Source of the DNA: Schmidtea polychroa | Taxonomy: Eukaryota | NCBI GenBank assembly: GCA_044892525.1 | Contig: CM097888.1 | Span: 3,906,001 to 3,970,000, forward strand | Reading direction: 5' to 3' | DNA length: 64,000 nucleotides | Part shown: positions 1 to 13,678 of the stretch, piece after piece | Layout: each line of letters begins with the position of its first letter | Numbering within the stretch: position 1 is the stretch's first letter | Made by a program: the position numbers and the translations under genes | Notes under the pieces: generated by a model | The model's input: only the letters and a program-made list of their open reading frames with translations | What the model was told of the DNA's origin: nothing | The model's database searches: none

Positions 1-699
1 ATGTTAACAACCTTGGCAGGTACTCACCTTATCTTGAATGCCACCCATTTTGCGCACAGTATCGCATTGTTTTTGGTGTTTGGTTCGATAGGGCGAATCT
101 CTTATTTTTATATTATGCTTTAAAGGCTTTATTTCTACTTATAAAATATTTCTAAATTCGAAAATATTTCAATATTTTATATTCAATAAATTTATTACAA
201 TAATAAAATTCTCATTCCAAATTTATTTATTAAATGTAATTTATTTTCAAGTTTATTAATAAATAATAAAATAATAATTTACTTTGTTTAAATAAATATA
301 TATATTTAAAATTAAAAACAATGTACAAAGCTCAGATGGAAAAATAATTAGAGTTTAATTTTATGTAAAAAATAAGCTATTTTATGAAAGGTTTGAAAGA
401 CAATATAAATATTAAACATTCTAATGATGCTGAACGTCGTACTTTTGATTACTAATTAAGCAGCCATGATTATCTACAATTGCAATGAAATATATTTTCT
501 GTTATGGAAAAGAAACTATTATAATTCGTGATAAGCGGGGATTTATCAGGTTAGATTTTGTAGTTTGTGTAACTATTTTGGAATATGGCAAATATTCTTG
601 CAGTTAAATTATATTTTAATAACTCAATGATGATATATGATATAATTTCCAATGCGAAAAAGAATAATTGCTGAAAACTAATAGGTAAATTTAAAGATA

Positions 700-1010
700 A
701 ATTAATTGCAGTCAATTAAATGACTGATCCGTTCATCTCATTGCCAATATTTGTGAAACAAATATCTGATTGTTCCAAAATCAATCTCATAATCAATAAG
801 GACACAGTTAATCTTAGCCATTGATATCATTCGGATAAATTGTGTTTTTGATTTGCTGTTTCCCCCAGCATCAGAGCTATCTTAATATTTTATTGATTTA
901 CTTAGACAAATGCTACCATTCCTATATCGATCTCTAATCAATTGTAACTGAATATTTGAATGGCTAATTTGAAAATCCTCCATTATTTATCTATTATGTT
1001 ACATAAAATT
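700..1010 (-). pseudogene. TRAF-type MATH (TRAF-C) domain exon remnant
   Basis: Minus strand aligns by eye at nucleotide level with the MATH-coding segment at 24060-24230 (gccattcaaat...acaattga...gatcgat...atagctctgatgctggggg) and with the 28 kb copies; contains stops and frameshifts. Confidence 0.55.
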
Positions 1011-1563
1011 CTAGATTTATATTATTCTATCCGACAATACGTTTTAAAATCAATAAGCTGAAATAATGATTTGTAACAATAATTATTATATTATTAAACA
1101 AAATGATTGACCAAATGCGGTATACAAATCAAAAACATGCTAGTTTATCGTGCGACTAATTGATCGAATATTCATTAGTGCGCTTAACCCCCTGCATGAG
1201 TGATGCCTTCTCGAGGCCTTCGATGACCAATCACATTGTAAGGTGATGACACGTGGAATGAGATTGGATACCATGATGCTACGGCATTTGAGCATATGCT
1301 TTAATACTATGATTTGTCACGCAAATTATAGTATAATGGTATCAGGGGTTATTTGACCCATTATAACATGTTTAATATCGAACATTAACAGGAGGGTTAT
1401 AAATTATTAATTGGTCAAACAAATAATAAATATCATCAAATGAGTGTGTGTAACCCATTAGAATGATGTCCATGCTGAATTAGAGGAACTGGGATAGATG
1501 ATAAAATGTGTCCTCAGATCATCCCATTACAACAGCCTAAATATGGTTATGAGGAATGCAGAC

Positions 1564-1945
1564 ATTCAGTTCATTTTTACCTCACCCAGTTCATTTTTAC
1601 CTCACCCAGTTCATTTTTACCTATCCAGTTCATTTTTACTTATCCAGTTCATTTTTACCTCATCCAGTTCACTTTTTACCTCACCCAGTTCATTTTTACC
1701 TCACCCAGTTCATTTTTACCTCACCCAGTTCATTTTTACCTCACCCAGTTCATTTTTACATATCCAGTTCATTTTTACTTATCCAGTTCATTTTTTACCT
1801 ATCCAGTTCATTTTTTACCTATCCAGTTCATTTTTACTTATCCAGTTCATTTTTTACCTATCCAGTTCATTTTTTACCTATCCAGTTCATTTTTACCTAC
1901 CCAGTTCATTTTTACCTCATGCAGGTCATTTCTTACCTCATTTTG
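1564..1945 (-). repeat. 19-21 bp minisatellite (about 18 units, ctcacccagttcatttttac) derived from a heptad-coding unit
   Basis: Tandem units are directly visible. The intact 21-bp variants read E-V-K-S-E-L-D and E-V-R-N-D-L-H on the minus strand and continue the upstream frame NANIMDMLKNIQNEVRNDLHEVK. Confidence 0.85.
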
Positions 1946-2290
1946 AATATTTTTTAACATATCCATTATGTTGGCATTGTATGGATGTTCATTGTCTTCA
2001 TCAAAATGGTTTTCAGTTTCATCCCGACATCGTTGCTTATTTTCATGTTATAAAATTTATAATATAAATTTATAATATAAATTCATAAATAAAATTCTAA
2101 ATACATAAAATTATTAGAAAATATTTTTTTGGTGCCTCTTTAGGCCGGAAAAGAAAAAATATCTGTTGCAAAAGCAACATTTTATTTTCATATATTTATT
2201 AAATTCTTGAATTTCTTTTAAGTGATTAATAGTACATTAATTTGTGGTGTTTCTTTTGCATTTAATGCAGCCATGGTTGATTGCATCTCT
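1940..2290 (-). pseudogene. Zinc-finger-like plus coiled-coil exons of a multicopy gene (paralogue at 32300-32640)
   Basis: Reconstructed GCIKC..YFFFSGLKRHQK and NANIMDMLKNIQNEV. The 32.4 kb copy reads FVFSGLKRHQK|EQENPVEIPGEDNANKSTNYANIMD..KKIQEEVHELKE across a 42-nt GT-AG intron. Confidence 0.5.
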
Positions 2291-2379
2291 TAGGAAATTA
2301 ATTTCTTCGCAAATCATTTCGGACATTAGAATAAACTGATATTAAAAGTATATTTTTGAATTAAAAATCTGGGGGCTTC

Positions 2380-2950
2380 CTCACGGGTCCGTCACCGGAA
2401 GATGAAAGTATTTGTGAGTGAGGTGGATCGTTGTGCTAGGTCTAGCATGAATCCGGCAGTGATTGAGGCGTCGAAGGTACAACACATAGGGTGATTTGGC
2501 CTGAACTACTGTTTCCGAATAGATGAAGACGATATCAGTATTAAAACAAATTATAAGTAACTAAATTTCACGTGTAATGAATTCATTAACTTAGTAAAAC
2601 TAATAGAGTTGAGTTGTTGATGCTGTTGATATTCTACTTATTCTATCCCATCTCTAGTATTTTTTATTTGGTACCACTGATTTTGCTAACCAACGAAAAT
2701 AACTTCCTTCTTGTATTACCTCTAGTGTTTTCGCCATTAATCTGAGCTCTGACGCTCAATAATGAAATTTAGTAATGTATATAATAAATTTTTTAGAACA
2801 ATGACATCTAAACCATCGACCAAGATTCCTCTCATCCCATTGTATACACAACTTGATTTCTCTCTGTTCATTATCCTTATTTTTATTGATTTTTCTCCTC
2901 ATTTTTATACGTCTCTTGTTGAACCCTACAATATTAATACTTCAGAATAC
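2380..2950 (-). pseudogene. Decayed non-LTR reverse transcriptase fragment
   Basis: Broken motifs MRGILVDGLDVIVLKNLLY, RAQINGEN and NTDIVFIYSET (resembling YADD-IVL) occur in RT order across frameshifts. Confidence 0.35.
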
Positions 2951-4499
2951 TGATTAGTTCATGACTAAATAGGTTCATTAGTATATATATACATATATAG
3001 ATATAGAAGCGAAAATACCAGTCCTTTAACCTTTTTAGTATTGGTAAAGGGTACGTCCTGGATCGCAAATCTTTAATCTGGTTTACATGTTATAGAGTTT
3101 TTTGATGATGAAAAGAATTGTGGGATCCTATTCATGATAGGAGGACAATTGGTTATGCTTCCATGCGGTATAGCTGAGATTTGATAGGCATAGGATTGAA
3201 ATATCTGATTTTGGATAATCATATACTCCTGTACCCGGAGGTCCTGCGCTGAGAATTTGATAGGCATATGATTGTAGTATACGATTTTTGAGTGATAATA
3301 TTCCCCTGCGCCCAGAGGTTCTGATTTGTTTGGAAGGGCATGATCTGGTTGACCCGATGTAAATAGATCGTAAATGTTTGGATTCATTTCATGGCGCATA
3401 CATGGACTCATTAGGTTTAGGTTTCTGTCAATGTCAAGGCGTGGTCCAGTTCTTTCTTCTATATTCTATATGTGGAGTACAATGAATGTACTGAGATTAT
3501 TTACAAATTAATTCTGTCATATCTCTGTAGCAATGCGAGTAGAAATTATTTCCATGCTCGACAGATTTTATTGCTTTTAAACTGTAATCGATTTTTTATT
3601 AACCCGTTCAATAATTTGATTAACGGAGACGAGAATGAGGACTCTGGGTTTCCAGGAATGACGAAAGGCGGACACGTGTTTCACGAGGTCAACGTAACGA
3701 TTAGGCTTATGTTTAAAGTTTTTGGTATATATAATGAAATAATTCGCCGCGAAGACTATTGAGAGTATTATTGGCATTATTGTTATCAAAATTCTAGTTA
3801 TTATTATGACAATAATCACATTTTAATTTTTTGGCAAAATTGGTTATTTATAAAGTGGTCCGTTGTGTAGTTGGTTGGTATATGATGCACTTGGCATTTA
3901 GTGCATTTAATGCACCCGTGTTGCATAATATCCAAAAAAAATTGAGAATGGGAGCAATTCATAATTTAAAATGAAATTAAAAGTTGATGAATTGAAAAAT
4001 TAAAGAAATTAATTCATCTAACAATTCATCAAATCGGCATTAAAATTTTAACATTTGTAAAATTCTAAGTAAAGTTTTTTGAAAAATTATTTGAAATAAT
4101 GTTTATGAAAATTACTAATTTATAATTTTAAATAAATACAATTAATTAACATACAATTAACATATAATTAACATACAATTAATTTTATAATCTGCATTAA
4201 ATTGCCTTAATAATACTTTTAGGAAAATAGCCCATCAATATGATGATGAAGGGGGTTATCATAATTTATTGTAATTTTCTTTATGCAGTTTTATACCATT
4301 TGAATGTGGACAGGTAAGGTACAACACCAAATAAGATTTTCTCCACAATATTGCATTAGCAAAATCATTTATATTTTTGTCATAAATGAATATGACAAAT
4401 AGAACATGTGATAGTAGAAAATCAGTAATAATGGATTGTTTGCGAAAATCCATGAAAATAGATTTAATCAAAATTCAGTAAAATCGATAATAATTCAAA

Positions 4500-5830
4500 C
4501 AAAAAATTTGTAGCAAACGCGATAATAGTTCAATAAATTAAGAAAGAACAATTCAGCATCAAGGACACAATTCAATTCTGCACACGCACTAGCTAATTTC
4601 ATTGAACTACAAGTTAACACAGTTGGCCGACACATATTTTTATCTATTACTTTTGTGGCGAGTTCAATCATCATATGCCATCCTCCGTGTAAATCGGCCG
4701 TGGCACAATTTTAGATTTACTAACCTAAATAATATTGATAATGATTTCACCATAGAAATAATATACCTCTATGCACCATTGAAAATCCTAGCATGATTTC
4801 TCTGAAACATGTATCAAGCACAAGAAGCCATAAAATATTCCCTCGAATGCCTTTTTTATTTTGTTCGGTTGTCTCGAACATGAGAATGATGTTATAATCA
4901 ATTGGATTATCTTCAACTATTTTTTTTTAAATATATTTATAATGAAAATTTTTTATTTTGCGATTTTTAATTTTTTTATCTTCCATCGCACGCATCCTGG
5001 TGGTTTTTCCAGGCATGTTTTACACCTATATAATGTTGAATTTCCATATTTTTTAACAAATCATTGTTTGCAATTTTGAAAAATAAGTTTTAAACTTAAA
5101 ATCTAATTTGAATTGAATGCTGAATGCATTTTAGAGAATCATAGATAATTAAACTCAGCAAAATTGTATATGTTACTAATGCTAAATTCCTAGTAATAAG
5201 TGAAAAATCACGTAAATGTTGAATAGACTTTAATGCTTGATGAAATCTTTCACCGTGTTCATTAGTCATTTCCTATGACTTTACGGAAGAAGTGAGGAAA
5301 TGAGCATCTCTTCTGAATCTTCTCTTCTCTACTGCTCATTTCTTTTTTGACAATTTCTTGCATCGACTATCGAAGATCACTGTAATATATTTCTAATGAA
5401 TATTTTTTATTGTTGTGATCCATCTTCCATCGCACGCATTATTCGCAATGAGATCTTTAATAATTTCATCTCGCCTAAAGTTCAGAACTTCAGTTAAGGA
5501 TTTCCTTAATCCAATTTGAAATACTTCCAATCGTTCATCTTATTCCAAAATGTTGTTAGTCATTTAATTAGTATTTAAGAAGAAATTTTTGGTTTTTACG
5601 CCTGTCATTTCTTTTTTTCTGACTTATATCGAAATGTCTCAGCTTCAACTATTATTACTATATAGAATGTGTTTGTTAATCGCTGTCCATTTCTCAACAG
5701 CCATTCTTCTGCTTCTTTTGATCCACACCCATCTTCTCATTATTTTGGTAAACATTCCATCAACGATTTAGTTGCTTTTGAAACTGCGTTGATATTCTTA
5801 TTTTCCACGTGATCACCAAGATAAATTTTT
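4500..5830 (-). pseudogene. Remnants of an unidentified multicopy protein family
   Basis: Broken frames FEGIFYG, DLHGGWHMMIELATKVIDK and NACDGRW (twice); homologous to 11220-11560 (FEGIFYGLLDKITWSLIDVHGRWNMMIELATKAKDK). Confidence 0.4.
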
Positions 5831-8330
5831 AAATTACTTGATTTCCGTCATAAGTTTATTTACCACAATAAATTGTTTAAACACCAGTAATAATCAAATA
5901 TGTTATTATGATTGGTTGACGAAAAATTGGCATTTGTATTCCATCCTATGTTGATTATTTTTACTTTGTCTATTGATTATTTATTGTGTCACGTTAAAAT
6001 ATCGATATATCTAAAAAATTTAAGAAAATATTATTTTCTGTGCAATTGATTGAAATGTATAATTGTGTCTCGATAAAATTTCGTTAGGTTTCTATTAATT
6101 CCTCTAACTCGAAAATGATGTTATGATCAAATTATTTTTCTTTGCGATTGACTAGGAATTGTAGATTTTTAATCACCTCGTCAGTTTCTTTGTTCGATAG
6201 ACCAATTTTTGGTTGCGTCATTTATAAATAATGGTTAAAATGTGGGCCTAGTTATATTATCCATCTAGTAATCGCCAATATAGGAAAATCACATTAGAAC
6301 CTGGTAAAGAGGCCAATAGAAAACACCGGGGTAAAAATATTGGCGATGGTGAAAACAATCAGGGGAAAAGATAAAATAAATTTTAATTTTAAGTGAAATA
6401 GGGAAAAATACTAATCAAATTATAAAAGCATGATTTTATTTTATGTTAAATTTTTAAATGCTTTAACATTATTTTATTTAATAACGAATAATTAATTTCC
6501 AGGTTTTTTAGGATTTTTATGAAATTATTTCCATGCAATGTAAGTGAGATATAATTTCAACTATAAATTAATTAAAAGTAAATATCAAAAGAAAGTTTAT
6601 TTTATATCAATTAGACATTACCTATAAACAATGCCTCTGATATTGAGATTCTATCTTTTACAGCATGCAAATTTTCTCTTATAGATTGTAAGCTGTCTAA
6701 AATTTTAATTAAGAAAAATTTTAATTAATTAGGTTCAATGTTTGTTTCCAAGTTTTTTAAAATTCTGATGACGTCCACCGTAGCGGCTGCATTATTTTCC
6801 ACCGTGGTGGGTGGATCATTTTCTGTCGCCGTAAAATATTAAATTTATTATAAATTACATCGATTTCTCAATAAATTCATTTTATTATGAATTGATTTAT
6901 ATAAAATAATACAATTATGAATCGATTAATATAAAATAATACATTCTATTAATCTTGAATGATCTCCAACTAACCAGAAATTATATTGTTTCAAATCACG
7001 CGTGTGCGCTTCGACGTCTAACAAATTTAAAATATCTGCATGGTCATTGATGCTTGCATAAAGAATTGGTCTATATCCCTGCAATTATTCAATTATTTAT
7101 ATTTGAATATATTTATTGACAAATATTGGTATTTCTATTCCATCCTATATTGACTATTTCTACTTTCTCGATTGGTTAATATTTGTGTCGCGATAAGATT
7201 TCGCTAGGTTTCTATTATCTGTAACTCGAAAATGATGTTATGATCAAATTATTTTTCTTTGCGATTGACTAGGAATTGTAGATTTTTAATCACCTCGTCA
7301 GTTTCTTTGGTTGATAGACCAATTTTTGTTGGCGTCATTTATAAAAAATGGTTAAAATGTGGGCATATTTATATTATCCATCTACTAAAATGCCAATATA
7401 GGGAAAACACATTAGAACCTGGTAAAGAGGCCAATAGAAAACACCGGGGTAAAAATATTGGCGATGGTGAAAATAATCAGGGGAAAAGATAAAATAAATT
7501 TTAATTTTTTAAGTGAAATAGGAATAAAATACGAATCAAATTATAAAAGGATGATTTTATTTTATGTTAAATTTTTAAATGCTTTAACATTATTTTATTT
7601 AATAACGAATAATTAATTTCCAGGTTTTTTCCGTCATAAGTTTATTTACCACAATCAATTGTTTAAACACCAGTAATAATCAAATATGTTATTATTTATA
7701 TTTGAATATATTTATGATTGGTTGACGAAAAATTGGCATTTGTATTCCATCCTATATTGATTATTTTTACTTTGTCTATTGATTATTTATTGTGTCACGT
7801 TAAAATATCGATATATCTAAAAAATTTAAGAAAATATTATTTTCTGTGCAATTGATTGAAAAGTATAAATACACATAATTATGAATTGATTAATATAAAA
7901 TAAAAAATTGTTTTAACGCCAGTAATAATCAAATTTAATTATTATTTATATTTGAATATATTTATGATTGGTTGACAAAGATAGTATTTGTATTCTATAT
8001 ATTGGCATTTGTATTCCATCCTATATTGATTATTTTTACTTTGTCTATTGGTTATTTATTGTGTCACGTTAAAATATCGATATATCTAAAAAAATTTTAT
8101 AAAATATTATTTTCTGTGCAATTGATTGAAAAGTATAAATACACATAATTATGAATTGATTAATATAAAATAAAAAATTGTTTTAACGCCAGTAATAATC
8201 AAATTTAATTATTATTTATATTTGAATATATTTATGATTGGTTGACAAAGATAGGTATTTGTATTCTATATATTGATTGATTATTTTTACTTCTCGATTG
8301 GTTAATATTTTGTCTCGATAAAATATCGAT
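5826..8330. repeat. Local tandem/segmental duplications (about 270-bp block at 6105-6380, 7222-7500 and 11423-11700; further blocks at 5826-6060, 7630-7870 and 8010-8150)
   Basis: Near-identical blocks visible, e.g. aactcgaaaatgatgttatgatcaaattatttttc...caggggaaaagataaaataaa. 6430-6720 also recurs at 39780-40090. Confidence 0.85.
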
Positions 8331-8512
8331 ATGACATCTGAAAAAATGTGTTAATGGCGGCAATTATTAATTAAATGTAACAAAATACAATTATTTTGCA
8401 TTTATAAATTTTTTTACTGTCAAATGAATACAATACTGCTGAGAATTTTCAAATATTCATATAGTGTGAAAATTAAAATGGTGCTATACATAATGAGTAA
8501 AAATGCATATTA

Positions 8513-8649
8513 NNNNNNNNNNNNNNNNNNNNNNNNNNNNNNNNNNNNNNNNNNNNNNNNNNNNNNNNNNNNNNNNNNNNNNNNNNNNNNNNNNNNNNNN
8601 NNNNNNNNNNNNNNNNNNNNNNNNNNNNNNNNNNNNNNNNNNNNNNNNN
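8513..8649. other. Assembly gap
   Basis: Run of N. Confidence 1.
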
Positions 8650-11050
8650 AATATTTAACAATTGAAGATAAAATTTTACTGAATTATCAATTTTTGATCG
8701 ATAAATCTCATAAATAATGAATGAAATTTGCAATAAATTGTATTTAAAGGATTTCATTGATTTATCATGCTTGATTTACATCATGATTTGATTGGTTGGA
8801 TTGCTGTATATGTTAATAATCGAATCATTTCTGATACAAATATTGGTTAAGTAAATCATTCATGGAATTCATTCGTGTTGATTATTTCTAATATATAGTA
8901 GATTGTACGAGATAAAAATTAGGAATAGCATTATCTATGGGCCATTATTTAAAGAAAATTGATAAACAAATTTAACCAAAATATTTATATTAAATTTGTT
9001 GATATTTATATTTAACAATTGAAAATAAAATTTTCATGAATTATCAATTTTTGATCAATAAATCTCATCAATAATGCATGAATGTCAATGAATGAAATTT
9101 GCAATAAATTATATTCAAAGGATTTCATTGATATATCATGCTTAATTTACATCACGCTTTGATTGATTTGATTGCTGTATATATTAATAATCGAATCATT
9201 TCTGATACAAATATTGGTTAAGTAAATCATTCGTGGAATTCATTCGTGTTTACTATTTCTAATGTATAATAGATTACACAGTGATAGAATTAGGATTAGT
9301 ACTATTTTTGGGCAATTTTGGACAGATTTTGAATGAAGTAATTTATAATATCAATCAATGAATAGATTTAAGATTGAGAACTAAGTTAGAGATTATTTCA
9401 GTTTTTGATGCTCAACCAAAGCAATCAATCAAGTTTTCATAATTGAATTTGAAAAAGCAAAGGCACAAATTGTTTGTTTCTTCAACAGTTCTAAACTTTA
9501 ATTAATGGAGATTTACAATTATATTTAGATTTATTCTACATAATTTTAATTTATGGGCTTACTCTAAAATGTAATATAACTGATAATAAATATTTTCCAT
9601 TAAATTGTTGTGTGCACTGGTGTTACAGGCAGGGTTGCCAACTTTTGAAGATGTCATTATAGTACAATATGGACAAAATTATAGTATTTTCAAAAAAATT
9701 ATAGTACATATTTAAAAAACTACAAAAAAATGCTTTTCTATTATAAACTTTTTATTAAAATTAAATTAACAAAAATTAAAATATTTGGTTTTTCTTCAGG
9801 ACCCATTAAAAAATATACATAAAAACAATAGCAAACAAATTCATATGATAATTAAGTAATAAATTTATATGTAATAATACTTATTATATATTTATAGTTA
9901 CATATAGCATAATTCTATTTTGATTTAAGCGTCAGTCATACCCTTAATATTTAAAAAACGTACTATGTTTAGAAAAACACATGAACTTTGAATTTCAATC
10001 CAACAAAACAAATCAGATGTTAATTTTTACCATCTGCTCATATTCATTATTCATACCGAAATACGTTTTGTAAAAAATTAATATTGATTAAAGTTTTTTT
10101 TAGAAAAATTCTGATTAATTGTTTTCAGAAAATTAAAATATCGTAGTGAAAAAATGTTTTAGATAAATTTGTTAAAATTATAGTACAATTAGAACTTCCA
10201 ATAGTACATAGTACACAAGATACAAATTATGGTACAAATACTATAATTATAGTACGGTTGGCAACGCTGGTTACAGGCTGAAAATAAAGTTGAAATAAAA
10301 ATCCATGATAAATTTGATAAAGCGAGAAGAGTTTCTTAACTGTTCAATTTGTCAAATTAACAAAGTATCCGTTTTATATTTAACTTATAGGCATAAAATG
10401 ATTTGTTATTTTTGCATTATAAGTATGGAAAGCATAAGTATGAAATTTATGATGTGTAAATATTGAAGAATATCATTTATATCTAATGTTGTAAAAATAA
10501 AATGTTTAATTATTTTATAAATTAACTGATTTCTATCAGAATAACCAGAATTTTACTAATTTAATCTGCTAAAAGTTAATCATTATTGTTTGATTTTCAA
10601 TTGACTTAATATTTTATAAATTATTGATGATAAATGTTTCCATTTTCATTCCATCAATTATATTTCTAAACTCATAATAGAACCTTGCATCAGAATCTAT
10701 TGCGAGATGAATTTGTCTTTAATAACCCTTTTCTGACAACTGACACCTGTTATCAGAATCTTAGGAATGTATAAATATTTAGAAACTGATTAAAATTAGC
10801 AAAATTTATAAATATCATCTATATATCAAATAAGTTACAAGTATTACTCTTGTAATTATTACCATATCATATGAATTTGTCTATCATGATTGTGATGACT
10901 AAAATTGACATGTTTAACTATTCAGAATGACTCTTCTTTAAATTACTTATAAAATTGTTAAATAATGTTTTCCTAATTTGGCAGTATACTTCAAACAAAG
11001 TCGATAAATTGACTATAATTTAAATTAAAAATGTTTTTTAAAGGTTAACA
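8650..11050 (-). pseudogene. Decayed leucine-rich-repeat gene, including a ~360-bp tandem duplication (8650-9000 / 9008-9310)
   Basis: LRR-like pieces such as FDKLNS*ETLLALSNLSWIFISTLFS and INIYSNQINQ with many stops; interrupted by the hAT MITE. Confidence 0.35.
9630..10269. mobile_element. hAT-type MITE, 640 bp
   Basis: TIRs CAGGGTTGCCAAC / GTTGGCAACGCTG; exact 8-bp TSD GTTACAGG at 9622-9629 and 10270-10277; subterminal attatagtac repeats. Confidence 0.92.
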
Positions 11051-11219
11051 CTAACACTAATATTAATAAATTAGTCAAAAGTTACTCAAAATGTTTTACT
11101 AGAATTTAGTATGTTACTCAAATATCCATGTTTTATTAAGAATTGGTGGTTGCCCCAAATGACCATGTATTTATAACTAAACCATCTAAAAATTTGCACA
11201 TATAATAATAAATTAAAGT

Positions 11220-11560
11220 GATGCAATCGAATTCATCATTATTTAATCTTATCTATGAAACTCTTAATTCAGTGATCAGTTTCAATAAATTCTTTAGTCT
11301 TTCATATTTGACATCTTTATCTTTTGCTTTTGTAGCGAGTTCAATCATCATATTCCATCTTCCGTGGACATCAATTAGTGACCATGTGATTTTATCTAAT
11401 AATCCATAAAATATTCCTTCAAACTCGAAAATGATGTTATGATCAAATTATTTTTCTGTGCGATTGACTAGGAATTGTAGATTATTAATCACCTCGTCAG
11501 TTTCTTTGTTAGATAGAAGACCATTTTTTGTTTGCGTCATTTATAAATAATGGTTAAAAT
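11220..11560 (-). pseudogene. Second copy of the unidentified family (one in-frame stop)
   Basis: MTQTKNGLLSNKETDEVINNLQFLVNRTEK*FDHNIIFEFEGIFYGLLDKITWSLIDVHGRWNMMIELATKAKDKDVKYERLKNLLKLITELRVS*. Confidence 0.45.
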
Positions 11561-11879
11561 GTGGGCCTATTTATATTATCCATCTACTAAACTCCAATAT
11601 AGGAAAAATACATTAGAACATGGAAAAGAGGCCAATAGAATACACCGGAGTAAAATTATAGTCGATGGTGAAAATAATCAGGGGAAAAGATAAAATAAAT
11701 TTATATTTAGAATGAAATAGTAAAAAATTAAGACAAGACTTTTCTAAATTAATCAACAACCAACAGGAGACGAGCAAATATGCCTTCATCTGATTGGTTA
11801 GACAAACAGCCAAATTCGTTTATAAGGTCTCATTTGGACAGATGAAAACAAGAGTTATTTTGGTTTTTCTACACACTTA

Positions 11880-12330
11880 TTTTAAGTCTTTTGGGTCTTG
11901 AGAATTACTTGTGGGTTATACAATAACGCAAAGATGGATATATCAACTGGTTTCCAGTGCTGTGATAGTAGAGCGGAAAAATCCCTATCGCATGCTGGTT
12001 CATCAGCAGGTCCATTGGTTATCACTCAATTTTAATTCTATATCATCTAATTTTCCATTTTTTAATATATGACAAATGCATTAAAAACACAAATATTCTT
12101 ATTATTAGTTACAACCTCCGTATTATGAATAGTGGATACATCTTTTTTGTCTCCCTCTTACAAAATCAGACTTTTCCCACTTTGAAAAGTAGCAATTGAA
12201 ATTTTTAATGTAAATAACAAATAACAGACAATTCAAATTGAAGCTTATTCAAAAAATTATAATGTTTCTATCCAATTAAACAAATGTTTTTTTAATAATA
12301 GTTTTTTAAGAAATATAAAAAAAACAAAAT
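11880..12330 (-). pseudogene. LRR and LRRCT remnant
   Basis: LKKLLLKKHLFNWIE..., then LKLSDNQWTC**TSMR*GFF resembling the L.L.xNPWxCDC cap. Confidence 0.35.
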
Positions 12331-12849
12331 TCCTGTAAATTCACTACATCCACCCTTCACATTCACTGTTTTTGCTTATTACTTCGTAATGTCCCGTAGG
12401 TATCTGTGTTTCAATTATAGTGATGAATTAAAATTGTCAGTGATAATCCTTTATTTAATGATGGGTCGATAGGTATAAGTTTCTTTTACGCTACGTAATA
12501 TAGTCATTTCTAATACTGCTGTATCACTTCATAAAGATATGCGTATCATCTGCCACCTTATTGAATTTTTATTATAACATACAATAACTTAAAATTTCAT
12601 TTATTGAAATGCATCAAAATGCTTTATCTTATACTATCCCTCAATAAAAAGTTCATTTACGAAAAGAGGAATCTGGGTCTCATGAATGTCTTTCATTTTT
12701 TAATCTTCACTGTTATTTGTGTCCAAAGAAATATTCGAAATTTTTGATATGCATACCATTATTTGGATTAACATAAATTAAGAAATGATTCCCTGTTCCA
12801 TGTACAAAACCTATATACAATTAAATTATGGCCAAAAGAGTATTCGGTA

Positions 12850-13230
12850 CCACCTTTAAATATATTTGAACTGGTATCTGCTTTTCCAAACAACCTTTTT
12901 TGAGTCTCGGAAGCTCTTGCTTTGTCGTGTTTCTACTTATGTCACAAAAGGCTCTCATCAATCATCAATCATATTTTTTAAATAAAACTTCAAATCAATC
13001 ATATAATCAGAGCCATTCAACTTTATTCAAACATCGCTCAAAACATTATTTACATTGAACGGATTGTTCCAATCACTTATCTCAATGATGGTGTATATTA
13101 TTTTGAGTCCTTGTCTTACATCCACTGATCGAAATCTTCTCAACTGGTGCTAAGTGTCTTTTATTCGAATATCTAATCTTATTATCATTCACATAGCATT
13201 GATATTGGAAATCACCACTTTATACAATGA
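12850..13230 (-). pseudogene. Cadherin-repeat-like remnant (similar weak remnants near 15540-15720 +, 21800-22100 - and 37600-38150 -)
   Basis: Degenerate motifs VDVRQGLKIIYTII and NMIDD**EPF; IFIISCEDHS at 21.8 kb; heavily decayed. Confidence 0.25.
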
Positions 13231-13678
13231 TTACACAATTTACTTTATATGCCATTGATTTTCTAATATCCCATATATGATCTTGACTATCGTGGTAGTC
13301 TGTTTGCAATGCTCCTTGTGGTTGTCGCTTTTGTTTCGATTGTATTGAGCATTATTTGAATGAAAATTGATAAATTCTGTCCAGTAGCATCAAAATATTG
13401 TCGTTCAAACAATTAGTTTTACTAAGAATGTTTGTGAAGATCATGTAGCCTATTTAAAGATATCGGAATTTATTGTGACATGTCCAAAGGAAAATTTTGA
13501 ATTCAAAACCGAGTTGATCATGATGGAGCATCACATGAGAACATGCGACAAGCGGCCAATTAGCTGCCTAATCGATGCGATTGGGTGTGCAATGAATAAA
13601 GTGGTGGTTGAGGAAATGAAGGATCATCTTAAATGTTTAATGATAAAAGCATGTGTACCCGGGCACAAAGAAATATGA
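13230..13678 (+). pseudogene. TRAF-like N-terminus: RING finger plus TRAF-type zinc fingers
   Basis: NAPCGCRFCFDCIEHYL...FCP, then VTCPKEN...MEHHMRTCDKRPISCLIDAIGCAMN...MKDHLKC; frameshifted. Confidence 0.7.

Noticed and set aside
20-104. Exon-like segment on the minus strand (EIRPIEPNTKNNAILCAKWVAFKIR|gtgagt)
   Set aside because: A plausible exon, but too short and at the window edge to assign a gene.
1564-1945. CRISPR-like array and the listed plus-strand ORFs (1498-2067 etc.)
   Set aside because: Head-to-tail units with no unique spacers in a eukaryotic genome; the plus-strand ORFs are by-products of the repeat.
3073-3819. ORFs 3073-3411 and 3577-3819 as genes
   Set aside because: No recognisable motifs or convincing splice structure; left uncalled.
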